Source: Lachnospiraceae bacterium (GTDB lineage Bacteria; Bacillota; Clostridia; Lachnospirales; Lachnospiraceae). From it: 52,696 nucleotides of DNA. The translations under genes were made by a program, and so were the position numbers. The DNA lies in NCBI GenBank assembly GCA_024403475.1, contig JAKSRU010000001.1:1-52696 (forward strand). Reading direction: 5' to 3'. This document shows, in pieces, positions 21,649-32,010 of this stretch; the first letter of the stretch is position 1, and every line of letters begins with the position of its first letter. The notes beneath the pieces are model-generated. The model was not told where the DNA came from, ran no database searches, and saw nothing but the letters and a program-made list of their open reading frames with translations.

Positions 21649-21677
21649 ATAATATCACATAGCAAAAGATAATTCAA
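21649..21677 (-). promoter_or_regulatory. Sigma-A promoter of tRNA-Arg
   Basis: Minus strand TTGAAT-17 nt-TATTAT with TGn extended -10. Confidence 0.65.
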
Positions 21678-21759
21678 GAAAGACAGGTTATTCGTCCACC
21701 ATTGTCCTAAATTATAAGCAACCGTCAGCGATCTTCCACCATTACGTCCAGCATACAAA

Positions 21760-21793
21760 TACAGCGTGCGAGCATTCTAACTCCCACGCTGTA
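21760..21793 (-). terminator. Probable terminator of the ABC exporter operon
   Basis: TACAGCGTG..CACGCTGTA inverted repeat 5 nt after the stop; short T run. Confidence 0.55.
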
Positions 21794-21798
21794 CATAA

Positions 21799-23463
21799 TT
21801 ATTTTCTGCCATTCTGTAAGAAATTAGGAATTATCATAAAGAATATGAATGACAAAACAAGATTCATAACAATTCCAAACGGCATAAACAGAACAAGATT
21901 ATTGAATACCAAGCCCAAAATTACAAAAGTAATAGCAGGCAAAATACCGAAATAAATGAATACTATCTGTACCATCTTCTGAACAGTTTCAGGTAAACTG
22001 ATAGAAACAGATGTCATTATAAATGCACTGACAACAGTACCATACAAATCAATGGCAAGAAGGAACAATAACCATACAATCGCATCACCAACATTTGCCT
22101 TAAACCAAATAGCAGCAAATATATAAGGCACAATAATATCAATAAATGTATTGGTCAAGCCGCCCAAAACAGAATAAAAAAGCTTACTCTTTGCCGAGCA
22201 GGGAATCATAGCAAAAAAATCTCTCGACAAATCCTCACTCAACGGATTTCCCATAGTACGATAAAACGCTACGAAGGTCATAGCACCACAGGTAAGCATA
22301 AAGCCAAGCCCCGGACTTCCACCGGTATTTCGTATGATAACAATTGCAGCAACTACAATTCCCGCATACACAATCATAGTTTTGGTCAGGAACCCAAAAT
22401 AGCTGAGTCTCTTTCTGTTATAAAGTGTCTTATAAAAAAACACATTTGCTCCGGAACCCTTACTAAAGCCGTCACGCTTAATCTTGTCGCTACGCTCTTT
22501 AGTTCTTACCACTCCGGTCTTTTGTGCTTTTGCCTTTTCTAACATCTCTGCTCTGCGTTCAGCTGATACCAGAGCATCCTCATAGAAATCAACCTTGATA
22601 TTCCAGATTATAACAATAAATGCAATAATCCCGAGCACATTAAACGCCATAAACATATATGCGAATACATCGTTTCCGACAACCGCACTCATGCACATGC
22701 CTCTAATCCATCCCCAGAAGGGAACCCAATAGGTATTGCTTCCGGTAAAGGTCTTTACTGCAGCGAGCACAATATTTTTATCATTCTGTACAATATTAAA
22801 CATAAACAGAGCCAAAATCACTGCAAGAACGGCTCCAACTATTATCTTTATATTCTTCTTTATCTTGTCGGAATATGAAGAAATAATATAAAGCAAAAGC
22901 TGACATAAAGTACTGAACAAATTAAGTACTATCCAAGCTATAAATATTGAAATAGCGCCCGACAACGACATATGCAAATTAACAACCAAATTAGGAATCT
23001 GAAAAATCATAAACAATGAAAACAGAATCTGAATTCCCAAGGTGGTAGTAAGTCTGAACATCATAACAGTTTGCGGTTTTAGCGGCGCCGAAAACAGCAA
23101 ATTTACATCAGCAGGTAGGAATATATCTCCCATTCCCTTTGAATTGAACAAACTCAAAAAGAAAAAGAATAAAAAGATACCGGAAATTACAAGCTCAATC
23201 AGCTGATTAATCTCTACGCCGTAGCTTTCGGTAAAGCCTTTATTAACATTATCTGCCAACTCCTCGGTTGCATCGGCCAAGCCTTCTTCATCCACAACTT
23301 CGCTTACTACATTATGAGAAACCTTAGATGCTACTAATCCGGCAATTCCACCAACAACTGCGCCAAACACCATTACTATCAACAAAAAAGCAATCCAGGT
23401 CTTGAAGAGCTTTTTAATAGCATTAAATATGGTGTGACCCATATAATATCCCCAAAGTCTCAT
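21799..23463 (-). CDS. Putative ABC exporter permease
   Basis: About 12 TM segments, FLPADVNLLFSAP motif, coupled to the ATPase gene. Confidence 0.8.
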   Translation of the reverse strand: MRLWGYYMGHTIFNAIKKLFKTWIAFLLIVMVFGAVVGGIAGLVASKVSHNVVSEVVDEEGLADATEELADNVNKGFTESYGVEINQLIELVISGIFLFFFFLSLFNSKGMGDIFLPADVNLLFSAPLKPQTVMMFRLTTTLGIQILFSLFMIFQIPNLVVNLHMSLSGAISIFIAWIVLNLFSTLCQLLLYIISSYSDKIKKNIKIIVGAVLAVILALFMFNIVQNDKNIVLAAVKTFTGSNTYWVPFWGWIRGMCMSAVVGNDVFAYMFMAFNVLGIIAFIVIIWNIKVDFYEDALVSAERRAEMLEKAKAQKTGVVRTKERSDKIKRDGFSKGSGANVFFYKTLYNRKRLSYFGFLTKTMIVYAGIVVAAIVIIRNTGGSPGLGFMLTCGAMTFVAFYRTMGNPLSEDLSRDFFAMIPCSAKSKLFYSVLGGLTNTFIDIIVPYIFAAIWFKANVGDAIVWLLFLLAIDLYGTVVSAFIMTSVSISLPETVQKMVQIVFIYFGILPAITFVILGLVFNNLVLFMPFGIVMNLVLSFIFFMIIPNFLQNGRK

Positions 23464-23464
23464 C

Positions 23465-24214
23465 TTATGCCTGTTCCTCTTCTTTCTGACTATCTGCTTC
23501 CTTTGCTTCTTCCTTGCTTATACCTTCGGTTACTGCAAAGAACAAATCCTCGAGGCTCTGACCCTTAGTTTCAAGTTCAGGCTTGGTGACATTTGCTTTA
23601 ACCTGACCACCCTGCATAATAATAGTGCGGTCCCACAGCATATCTACGCTATCGATAATATGTGTACTGATAAGAAGTGTTTTTCCTTCACACCTCATTT
23701 CATTAATTACATTCTTAAGCTCCTTAATTGCATGAGGATCCAAGCCAATCATAGGCTCGTCCAAAAGCAACACCTTGGGATTAGGAAGAAGCCCTATGCA
23801 AAGATTAAGCTTCTGCTGCATACCCTTAGATAATTCATCACCGAATTTCTTACGCTTATCATCAAGTTCAAATCTTGTCAGAAGCTCATCAATACGATTC
23901 TTATAATCAGTCATCTTATAAGCTCTTGCAATAAACTCAAGGTGCTCTGATACTGTAAGATTCGGATACAGTGAAGGCATTTCGGGTACAAATCCCAAAA
24001 TCTTCTTAGCCTCAACGGACTTATTTACCTTTCCATCTACAGTAATAGTTCCCTGATACTTCAAAAAGCCCATTATAGACTTCATAATAGTACTTTTTCC
24101 GGCACCATTAGGTCCGAGCAATATGGTCATATCGCCTGGATTAAGATGAAATGTGATATCATCACAAGCCAAATTTTTTCCATACTTTTTTACAACATGA
24201 TTTACGTCCAGCAT
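23465..24214 (-). CDS. ABC transporter ATP-binding protein (exporter type)
   Basis: GPNGAGKS, LSKGMQQK, LLLDEP, STH. Confidence 0.95.
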   Translation of the reverse strand: MLDVNHVVKKYGKNLACDDITFHLNPGDMTILLGPNGAGKSTIMKSIMGFLKYQGTITVDGKVNKSVEAKKILGFVPEMPSLYPNLTVSEHLEFIARAYKMTDYKNRIDELLTRFELDDKRKKFGDELSKGMQQKLNLCIGLLPNPKVLLLDEPMIGLDPHAIKELKNVINEMRCEGKTLLISTHIIDSVDMLWDRTIIMQGGQVKANVTKPELETKGQSLEDLFFAVTEGISKEEAKEADSQKEEEQA

Positions 24215-24298
24215 TTCTTTTCTACCGATTTTACGGCTTCCCCTTCATAATATATATAATCAAGCTATAGAAGCATCCTATACAGCTTCATTATCAAA

Positions 24299-24976
24299 TC
24301 ATATAAGCTTTTTAAGGCTCTCAAGCAGCGAAATAATCTGATATTTGAGAATAAACACAAAGCCATGCATGTCTTCATATTCATCCTTTATTATTTCTAG
24401 CAAAGGCAAAATATAGTTTTCTGTTTCAGCTATATATTCAATCATTCTGTTTTTCGAAAACACAATAGCCATATCAGAAATGTTATTGCATCGATCAAGC
24501 ACCTTTACAACAGATGCTGTCTTGTTGCCTGCAATATTCTCATAATATCTTTTTTTCGCACCAGCTCTGTCTTCGGAATTCTTAATTTCAAAGGTCAATA
24601 ATTCAACAGCCTTAGTAATTTCATCAGGCATATCTAAATCAACTAATGTTGCCGGAGTATCTTCTATTACATCATGCAATAAACAAACCGGAAGCAGTAC
24701 ATCATCTGCAATCCCTAAAGAAATTGCATGATTAGCCATAATCAAAGGATGTACGATATACGGCACCTTCCTGTCACCTTTTCTGTATTCACCGGTATGA
24801 TACTTATCCATTATCTGCAATGCTTTAATGGTATTATTCATATCGCAAGCCAATGCCTTATTTAAAACAGCCTGCCTCATATTGTCTGTCGAAAACATTT
24901 CATCAGGTATTTCTGCAGAAACCAATCGATTATTCAGCCTTTCTCGATACAAAGAAATCTTACATGCTTCAGACAT
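24299..24976 (-). CDS. HD-domain protein, RelA/SpoT hydrolase-like (small alarmone hydrolase)
   Basis: H..EYRK..PYIVHP, LLHDVIEDT, VELLT, VKVLDRCNN; no synthetase domain; ATG 24976 with SD GGAG. Confidence 0.8.
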   Translation of the reverse strand: MSEACKISLYRERLNNRLVSAEIPDEMFSTDNMRQAVLNKALACDMNNTIKALQIMDKYHTGEYRKGDRKVPYIVHPLIMANHAISLGIADDVLLPVCLLHDVIEDTPATLVDLDMPDEITKAVELLTFEIKNSEDRAGAKKRYYENIAGNKTASVVKVLDRCNNISDMAIVFSKNRMIEYIAETENYILPLLEIIKDEYEDMHGFVFILKYQIISLLESLKKLI

Positions 24977-25084
24977 ATGCTTCTCCAACAAATATATTAA
25001 TGAATTCCAAAGAGCATTATACAATAAACTATATAGTTATAAAAACCAAATAGAAAAGAATTTATCAAATCTTAAACAAAGCCC

Positions 25085-26041
25085 TTAAGCAGTCTCATCA
25101 AGACAAACAAGCTTAAAAACTTTATCTTCCGAATTGTAATAATACAAATTATCAGAAAGAATATCTGCCTCAGGGACCTCCGATTCATTCACCTGATGAA
25201 TCATGTCCAATAGCTGGCAGCATCTGAAATTCCAAGACTCATCACCTTCAACACCATCCTTGTCAGGAACAACTATCAATTCATGAATAGAGCTTGGTAT
25301 AACAAAATAGCTCTTACCTACAGTATCATATATATCGTCCAGCGCATTAGGATACAAAATGGAGGCAGCACCATTAAAACCGTCTTCATTTGATAATACC
25401 CACATAAAACACTCATCCCTATCTGCAAGACTATAATCAGATATTTCTTTTTCGGATAAGCCATCATTCCTTCTAAGTATATTTTTCATCACATCAATAA
25501 TATTTGACAGTTTGATATTGAGTAACTGCGGAGTATTTGTCTTTGCACAAGCCATCAAATCACTCACCTTAACATTCCACAGCTTTAAGTGCTCGTTTCT
25601 AATCAATATTTGTCCGCTTCCAAACAGTTCATTGCTCACCAGCACATAAAATATGATTGATAAATCATGAAAAGGAATTGATGGAATATTTTCAAGAATT
25701 TCGCAATTTTTATCAGTGTTACAAAGCTTAAAGCATATCTTATCTTTAATAAGCTCAAACTTCATAAAATCGCTCATATCAACATCTTCTGATGGTGCAC
25801 TTTCCCGGTACATCATAACAATATCATCAATAATCTTTTCAAACTCCTGACCGGAACAAAAGTTTTTATAAAAAGCTTCCAAATAGATAGTTGGAGCTAT
25901 ATTACTGTCTTTATGAATTGTCACAGCCCATTTTTTGACCCCGTTCATCTTACAGTTCTCATTAATATCAACCATATATTCTTCGCCCAATACGCTCTGA
26001 AGTTCTAATTTAACCTTAATAGCAAAATCACTTATTTTCAC
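25085..26041 (-). CDS. Conserved hypothetical protein, DUF5688-like
   Basis: KMNGV, IAPTIYLE, MWVLSN..NGAASILY, IPSSIHELI, VNE..LSDNLYYY motifs recognised from memory. Confidence 0.75.
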   Translation of the reverse strand: MKISDFAIKVKLELQSVLGEEYMVDINENCKMNGVKKWAVTIHKDSNIAPTIYLEAFYKNFCSGQEFEKIIDDIVMMYRESAPSEDVDMSDFMKFELIKDKICFKLCNTDKNCEILENIPSIPFHDLSIIFYVLVSNELFGSGQILIRNEHLKLWNVKVSDLMACAKTNTPQLLNIKLSNIIDVMKNILRRNDGLSEKEISDYSLADRDECFMWVLSNEDGFNGAASILYPNALDDIYDTVGKSYFVIPSSIHELIVVPDKDGVEGDESWNFRCCQLLDMIHQVNESEVPEADILSDNLYYYNSEDKVFKLVCLDETA

Positions 26042-26088
26042 TAATATACCTATATCCTTTCAAAATGTGTCTACAAACATATTTAAAC

Positions 26089-26121
26089 AATAAAAGAGCG
26101 AGCACAAAATGTGTTCGCTCT
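26089..26121 (-). terminator. Intrinsic terminator of efp
   Basis: Minus strand AGAGCGAACACA-TTT-TGTGCTCGCTCT-TTTATT. Confidence 0.8.
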
Positions 26122-26147
26122 GAATATTGGCATATTATTAATAGCAA

Positions 26148-26711
26148 TTATGCTCTTCCAAGATACTCGCCTGTTCTGGTATCAATCTTGATCTTGTCGC
26201 CTTCGTTGATGAAGATAGGAACCTTAATCTCAGCGCCGGTCTCAAGAGTAGCGGGCTTAGTAACATTGGTAGCGGTATCGCCACGAAGACCGGGCTCGGT
26301 CTGTGCGATAACAAGCTCTACAAACATAGGAGGCTCTACTGAAAAGATCTGTCCGTTATGAGAAAGCATGGTAACTTCCATATTCTCAAGAACAAACTTC
26401 ATAGAATCGCCGATTTCAGCCTCTGAAAGAGGAATAGTCTCGTAAGTTTCCATATCCATAAAGTTGAACATATCGCCATCCTTGTATGAATAGGTCATCT
26501 TCTTCTTCTCGATAGTTGCAAGAGTAAGCTTTGCAGTAGGGTTAAAGGTCAATTCACGAACACCGCCGTTCTTAACGTCACGCATCTTAACACGTACGAA
26601 AGCTGCTCCCTTACCGGGCTTAACGTGAAGGAACTCAAGAACCTGGAATACCTTGCTATCATATTCAAATGTAACACCATTTCTGATGTCGCCTGCTGTA
26701 ATTTCAGCCAT
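26148..26711 (-). CDS. efp: Elongation factor P
   Basis: [36 protein letters not shown]. Confidence 0.97.
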   Translation of the reverse strand: MAEITAGDIRNGVTFEYDSKVFQVLEFLHVKPGKGAAFVRVKMRDVKNGGVRELTFNPTAKLTLATIEKKKMTYSYKDGDMFNFMDMETYETIPLSEAEIGDSMKFVLENMEVTMLSHNGQIFSVEPPMFVELVIAQTEPGLRGDTATNVTKPATLETGAEIKVPIFINEGDKIKIDTRTGEYLGRA

Positions 26712-26790
26712 TTCAAAATCCTCCTATGGAATTTAATCACAAAATACATTGGTATTTTAATACAAACAAATAAAATTATCAACTAATTTT

Positions 26791-27237
26791 TTACAAAGAA
26801 GCCCCTGCAGCCTCAATAACAAAATCCATTGCCATTATATATCCGTCAAGACCGTGTCCGTAAATCTGTTTATCACATGCAGGTGCTGTAACAGAAATCT
26901 TTCTAAAATCCTCTCTTGCAGTAATATCAGAAATATGAATCTCACATTTAGGCATTGTTGTAACAGATTCAAGTGCATCATGAATAGCATAGCTGTAATG
27001 AGTATAAGCACCGGGATTGATTACAATACCCGCTGTCCCATCGAAATATGCCTGCTGAATTCTATCAATGATAGCCCCCTCATGATTACTCTGGAAACAC
27101 TCCACCTCACACTTTCTCTCCTCAGCGGCTTTCTTAATCATATTGCAGAGATACTCATAATCCTGCGCACCATAAATAGCTTTATCTCTTATACCCAAAA
27201 AATTTAAGTTAGGTCCGTTAATTACAAGTATCTTCAT
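26791..27237 (-). CDS. aroQ: Type II 3-dehydroquinate dehydratase
   Basis: INGPNLNFLG.R, QSNHEG, INPGAYTHYS, EIHISD..RE. Confidence 0.95.
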   Translation of the reverse strand: MKILVINGPNLNFLGIRDKAIYGAQDYEYLCNMIKKAAEERKCEVECFQSNHEGAIIDRIQQAYFDGTAGIVINPGAYTHYSYAIHDALESVTTMPKCEIHISDITAREDFRKISVTAPACDKQIYGHGLDGYIMAMDFVIEAAGASL

Positions 27238-27775
27238 TACAATTCTCTCCATTAATATAATTTACTATAGCATCAACAATCTCTGACTGTTCTAATTCAT
27301 CAACATCCACAATCAAATCAGCGCATCTTTCATAAGCAGGACTTCTCTTACTGATCAAATCGCGTATTTTTGCAAGCGGATCATCACATTGAAGCAACGG
27401 TCTGGTAGTATCTCCTTTGAGTCTGTCATAAATAGTTTCAGGCTTAGCACGAAGATATATTACAGTGCCGCATTTGCATATTATCGATTGATTTTGCAAT
27501 TGAACCGGTGTTCCACCGCCGAGTGAGTATATCTTTCTGCCGGATGAATTCTTTATTTCATATAACACCTCAAGCTCAAGCTTCCTAAAATAACCCTCAC
27601 CCTTAGCGGCAAATATTTCGCTAATAGTTGTATTTTCCCGGGCTTCAATAATTTTATCGGTATCCTCAACAGCCAATTGCAGCTTGTAAGAAAGCTTAAG
27701 GCCAATCGAAGTCTTACCGCTTCCCATAAAGCCAATCAAAATTATATTATTATTTTTACTATTATCCTTAGCCAA
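27218..27775 (-). CDS. aroK: Shikimate kinase
   Basis: GFMGSGKT, DTD, GEGYFR, GGG, RPLL; TTG start with SD GAGGAG. Confidence 0.95.
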   Translation of the reverse strand: MAKDNSKNNNIILIGFMGSGKTSIGLKLSYKLQLAVEDTDKIIEARENTTISEIFAAKGEGYFRKLELEVLYEIKNSSGRKIYSLGGGTPVQLQNQSIICKCGTVIYLRAKPETIYDRLKGDTTRPLLQCDDPLAKIRDLISKRSPAYERCADLIVDVDELEQSEIVDAIVNYINGENCNEDTCN

Positions 27776-27795
27776 ATCTATAGCTCCTCAATACA

Positions 27796-28668
27796 TTATG
27801 CATTCATTGCAGCAAGCATTTTTTCATACACCTGCTCCGCCAATTCATCAGTAACATCCTTGCCTGTCCAAAGCTCATACGCAATTACGCCCTGATAAAG
27901 AAGCATTCTGTAACCATGAAATCCCTTTGCGCCACTTTGCTTTGCAAGCTTCATAAACTTGGTTTCTAACGGATTAAAAATCAAGTCATAACCGGTGTGA
28001 AGCATATTATAAAAAGCGACATCCTCAATAACTGCTTCATCAACCTTCGGATACATACCCACGCTGGTGGCCTGAATAGCCAAATATTTTCTATCCTGCG
28101 GAAGCAAAGAATAATCCGAAAGCTTCTTAACCTCGACTATATCGCTACATTTATATGAATTAATCTCATCTGCGATAGCCTGAGCTTTATCTGTAGTTCT
28201 GTTAAGTATATAAATCTTGCTTGCACCATTATCTGCAAGGAGCATCGCTACTGCTCTGGCAACTCCTCCTGCGCCCAACAAAATTATATGCTCATCCTTA
28301 ACCTCTACGCCGTCTTTTTTCATAGCTCTTAATAGTCCCGGCATATCAGTGTTATAGCCCTTAAAACCATTCTCCATACGAACCAGAGTATTAACAGCCC
28401 CAATCCTTTTAGCTAACGGATCAATATCCGTCAGAAAAGGTATAACATCACTTTTATACGGAACTGTGACATTGACGCCCAGCAGGTTCAGTCCAAATGC
28501 TCCTTTAACAGCATCCTCTAATCTTCCTGTCTCAACATGAAAAGGCACATATACAAGGTTTTCATTTGTCGCAACAGCCAAATTATTATGTATAACAGGC
28601 GACATTGTATGCTCAACCGGATTTCCAATCAATCCACAGGTGCGACTATAACCGTTTATCTCAATCAT
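27796..28668 (-). CDS. aroE: Shikimate dehydrogenase
   Basis: GNPVEHTMSP, NVTVPYK, GAVNT, GYNTD, GAGG, MLLYQG. Confidence 0.95.
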   Translation of the reverse strand: MIEINGYSRTCGLIGNPVEHTMSPVIHNNLAVATNENLVYVPFHVETGRLEDAVKGAFGLNLLGVNVTVPYKSDVIPFLTDIDPLAKRIGAVNTLVRMENGFKGYNTDMPGLLRAMKKDGVEVKDEHIILLGAGGVARAVAMLLADNGASKIYILNRTTDKAQAIADEINSYKCSDIVEVKKLSDYSLLPQDRKYLAIQATSVGMYPKVDEAVIEDVAFYNMLHTGYDLIFNPLETKFMKLAKQSGAKGFHGYRMLLYQGVIAYELWTGKDVTDELAEQVYEKMLAAMNA

Positions 28669-28684
28669 ATCTGTTTCCTATAAT

Positions 28685-29191
28685 CTATCTGTTTTTTTCT
28701 TTATGATAAAAATGAAGAACGATTGCCTCAAACCATCTCTTAATGACAATCTGAATCTCTTCCTTCGGATGAATAGGTTTAGAAAGATACGTCATGATTC
28801 CGCATCTTTTCGCTCCCCAAACATCTGTAAAAAGCTGATCACCTACAAAAATCGTATTTTTAGCATTTGTATTAATCATATACATCGCATTTTCATAGCC
28901 GACCTTTGATGGTTTATTTGCTCTATAAATATAGCGCGATTCAACCTCATTAGCAAAGGGTTTTACTCTGGATTCCTTATTATTGGAAATCAGAACCGTC
29001 TGAAAACCAATATGCCTAAGCCGCTTAAATAATCTCTTAGCATTTCTGTCTGCAGGAGCGCCATGAGGAACTAAAGTATTATCAACATCAAACAATACAC
29101 CTCTGTATCCCTTTGCATACAATTCCTCATAAGGAATATCATAAGCAGACTTTATTTCATTATCAGGATAAAAAGTCTTAAATAGCATCAA
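28685..29191 (-). CDS. yqeG: YqeG-family HAD IIIA phosphatase
   Basis: DVDNTL, ISNN, KP, VGDQLFTDVWGA. Confidence 0.9.
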   Translation of the reverse strand: MMLFKTFYPDNEIKSAYDIPYEELYAKGYRGVLFDVDNTLVPHGAPADRNAKRLFKRLRHIGFQTVLISNNKESRVKPFANEVESRYIYRANKPSKVGYENAMYMINTNAKNTIFVGDQLFTDVWGAKRCGIMTYLSKPIHPKEEIQIVIKRWFEAIVLHFYHKEKNR

Positions 29192-30902
29192 TTATTTCTC
29201 CAAGTCTGGAACCGAGTGCCTTTGCACCGTCATTCATATCTGTTCTGAAGGGAGCAAGCGGAATTCCGTTGGCCCCGAACACTCTTACTTTACCATAATT
29301 CTTCCAAAAATATCTCGCATACTTTGGAACAGTTACATTATCGGAGGTCAATTTGATAGTCATTATACTTCCGGTCATTGAAGCCGATTGATCATTTTCC
29401 TCTTCACCGCCTACATTTTCGCCTCTCATTACCTGCGCCTTGGCAGCATAATATACTCCATCCACTCCTGCGAGTTCAAAACCCGAATCTCCGGGTAAAA
29501 AATCCATCATGTGTACGTCCTGTATAAAGCCATCGTCACCATCCAATATAAGACCCGATTCACAGCATTTCAAATCAATATACATTGCGTTATCACTGAC
29601 AAAGCTTGAATCATACTCCGGACCGCAGGCCTCCCATCTGGTTAAGCAGCCATAAACTTTATATAATGCCTGGAAAGCTAATCTGTAGCCAACTGTTTCT
29701 TTATTTAGCGGATGAATATTGTGATACTCTCCGGCCTCTAATATAACAGCAGTTCCATTTCCAACGCTTTCGCCTACCTGCATCTGTGCTTCTCTGATAA
29801 ACGGCCAATTTTTGTAATCATCCTCACCTTCATTTACAAATATAGGCAGCTGAGCAGTTATAAACGGCAGCATTTCATCCTCAAAATCCTTCCTCCACTG
29901 TTCAATCAACGAAGTAAGAAGCCTCTTATAAGAATAAGGTCTGTTATCATCCTCTTCACCCTGATAGTATATACATCCCATCAAACTATACGGAGCCACC
30001 CTCTTAAGCATCGTTTCATACAATCCGGAAGGTCTTGTCCAATTTTTAGGGCCCATCGGACCGGGATACTTATTTTCTCCAAAAAGAGCAATAGCCTCAT
30101 CCCAGCTCGGATTATCACAGGTCTGATAATAATTACCGACATTTTTATCAAACTCTGCCTGATAAATCACATACTCATCATATGCTTTCAGATAATCAGC
30201 TTCACTCATACCCTCAGTGGCTTTATCATATGCATCAACATATTGAGCAGTCTCTTTATGCTCCAAAAGCTTTTCACGGCCTATCCAAGCCGAAGCTGAA
30301 GTTCCGCCCCAACTGCAATTGATTATTCCGATCATTATCCCTTCAGATTCTTCAGTAAGTGCTTTTGCAAAGTAATATGCAACAGCACTCCAATCACCTA
30401 TAGAAGCTTCATTGCATTTCTGCCACTTACTTTCAGCTTCTGCCTCAGCTAATTCCTCTCCGAGCCAAGCAATTTGGGGTACATTGTAGTATCTTATTCT
30501 GTCGGAGATATCATCATTTAATTCCTCCAGCTCTTCAGCGTACGATTTAGAGTTTTTAAGCAAAAACTCCATGTTAGACTGTCCGCCTGCAAGCCATACA
30601 TCTCCGAAATACACATCTGACAAAACAATCTCCGAAGCCTTATCAGGTGTCAATTTATTCCCCGCATTATCACATTCATATATCTCTATAATAAATGGGC
30701 CACCTGCTTCATTCGGAGATAATTCAATCTTAAATGAATTATCCTTAACCTCTGCATGCCCTTTATTTACTGTTATTCCGCTTTCGTCAATTATTTCTAT
30801 TCCGATATTGTCAGAATCAGAGTTTCCCCAAACTCTGAACGCTTTATCTCTTTGAAATACTGCATTATTCTTAAATATAGCCGGTAATTTAATCATTTTC
30901 AT
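29178..30902 (-). CDS. Sialate O-acetylesterase-family (SGNH/SASA) carbohydrate esterase, no signal peptide
   Basis: GDVWLAGGQSNM, WGGT, YQGE, NIHP.NK, LPAPFRT-like C-terminus. Confidence 0.88.
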   Translation of the reverse strand: MKMIKLPAIFKNNAVFQRDKAFRVWGNSDSDNIGIEIIDESGITVNKGHAEVKDNSFKIELSPNEAGGPFIIEIYECDNAGNKLTPDKASEIVLSDVYFGDVWLAGGQSNMEFLLKNSKSYAEELEELNDDISDRIRYYNVPQIAWLGEELAEAEAESKWQKCNEASIGDWSAVAYYFAKALTEESEGIMIGIINCSWGGTSASAWIGREKLLEHKETAQYVDAYDKATEGMSEADYLKAYDEYVIYQAEFDKNVGNYYQTCDNPSWDEAIALFGENKYPGPMGPKNWTRPSGLYETMLKRVAPYSLMGCIYYQGEEDDNRPYSYKRLLTSLIEQWRKDFEDEMLPFITAQLPIFVNEGEDDYKNWPFIREAQMQVGESVGNGTAVILEAGEYHNIHPLNKETVGYRLAFQALYKVYGCLTRWEACGPEYDSSFVSDNAMYIDLKCCESGLILDGDDGFIQDVHMMDFLPGDSGFELAGVDGVYYAAKAQVMRGENVGGEEENDQSASMTGSIMTIKLTSDNVTVPKYARYFWKNYGKVRVFGANGIPLAPFRTDMNDGAKALGSRLGEIIDAI

Positions 30903-31051
30903 ATCCTACTGATTTCAATATAAGTATAATCATTTTCTCATTATAAATGTTTTTCGAATAATTATCATTCAAATATTTCAATCTTTGATATAATAATTAC
31001 AGATATAAAGATAATAAATATATATTTATTAAAACTTTAGCGGAGAAAAAA

Positions 31052-31882
31052 ATGATTCTATATCACTATACAGATTTTAATGCTTTAGACGGAATTATCA
31101 GAGGCGGTGAATTAAGACTAAACAATATTCTCAACATGAATGACCGTTCTGAAATGCGCCTTTTTGTAAATGAGCTAAGCAGTTCCGTAATCCATCGACT
31201 TCGTTCTGAAGGCTATGACGAAGCCGCTAATATGGCAACAGGCTTTTTTAAGACTGAATTAGCTGAGGAATTTCATTATTCTGCTTATGCTGCCTGTTTT
31301 TCAGAGTACAGAGATGATGCAGCTCAGTGGGAACGATACGCCAAGGGCGGTCAGGGTGTCTGCATTGCCTTTCACAAGGACAAGCTTGAAGAACTGATTA
31401 AGTCCGCTAATTCAGTATCGTTGAAAAAGGTTTTGTACCAGGATACTGTGGCAGATCATACATTGATAACCGAATTTGTAGATTTATTTAAGTCACCTGA
31501 TGCACTAGAACAAAAAATAGATTCAATACAAGACCTGATGAGTGAAGCATGGATTCAGTCTGCAGCCTTCAAGCATCCTTCTTTTGCTTCAGAAAATGAA
31601 GTACGACTTATTTATACTCCATTCAATGCCGAGGAAGCTGCTGTTAAACCTAAGTATCATATTGCCTGGGACCGTATTAAAAAATACTATCCTTTAGACC
31701 TCAAAGCATTGAGATACGAATACGATATGCACAGTTCGGAGCTGATTGATGAAATAATCATTGGTCCGGCCTCCCCTCAGTCACTTCCGATTCTTAAGGA
31801 TTATCTTGCCGATAATGAATTCCGCGGATTATCCACCAAGGTAAAGCTTTCAAATTGTCCTCTCAGGAAGCCTACTACCTAA
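31052..31882 (+). CDS. DUF2971-like protein
   Basis: LYHYT, MNDxxE, CFS..D..QWERYA..GVCI, FKHPSF..ENEVR, IIIGP motifs recognised from memory. Confidence 0.8.
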   Translation: MILYHYTDFNALDGIIRGGELRLNNILNMNDRSEMRLFVNELSSSVIHRLRSEGYDEAANMATGFFKTELAEEFHYSAYAACFSEYRDDAAQWERYAKGGQGVCIAFHKDKLEELIKSANSVSLKKVLYQDTVADHTLITEFVDLFKSPDALEQKIDSIQDLMSEAWIQSAAFKHPSFASENEVRLIYTPFNAEEAAVKPKYHIAWDRIKKYYPLDLKALRYEYDMHSSELIDEIIIGPASPQSLPILKDYLADNEFRGLSTKVKLSNCPLRKPTT

Positions 31883-31902
31883 CACAATATTTTCTGCAAC
31901 AA

Positions 31903-31970
31903 AAATGTTGCGGCAGAAAGTGCGACAAATGTTACGACAGAAAGTGTGACAAATGTTGCAACAAAAAGCG
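31903..31970 (+). repeat. Degenerate tandem repeat, ~2.8 x 24 bp (12-bp sub-period)
   Basis: AAATGTTGCGGCAGAAAGTGCGAC / AAATGTTACGACAGAAAGTGTGAC / AAATGTTGCAACAAAAAGCG. Confidence 0.8.
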
Positions 31971-31972
31971 AT

Positions 31973-32010
31973 AAAAAAGCTGCTCGGAATAAATCCGAAC
32001 AGCTTTTATT
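31973..32010. terminator. Bidirectional intrinsic terminator
   Basis: AAAAGCTGCTCGGA-ATAAA-TCCGAACAGCTTTT between convergent genes. Confidence 0.8.

Noticed and set aside
21690-21750. Short direct repeat TCCACCATT x2 upstream of the tRNA promoter
   Set aside because: Only 9 bp twice, with no recognisable structure or att-like context
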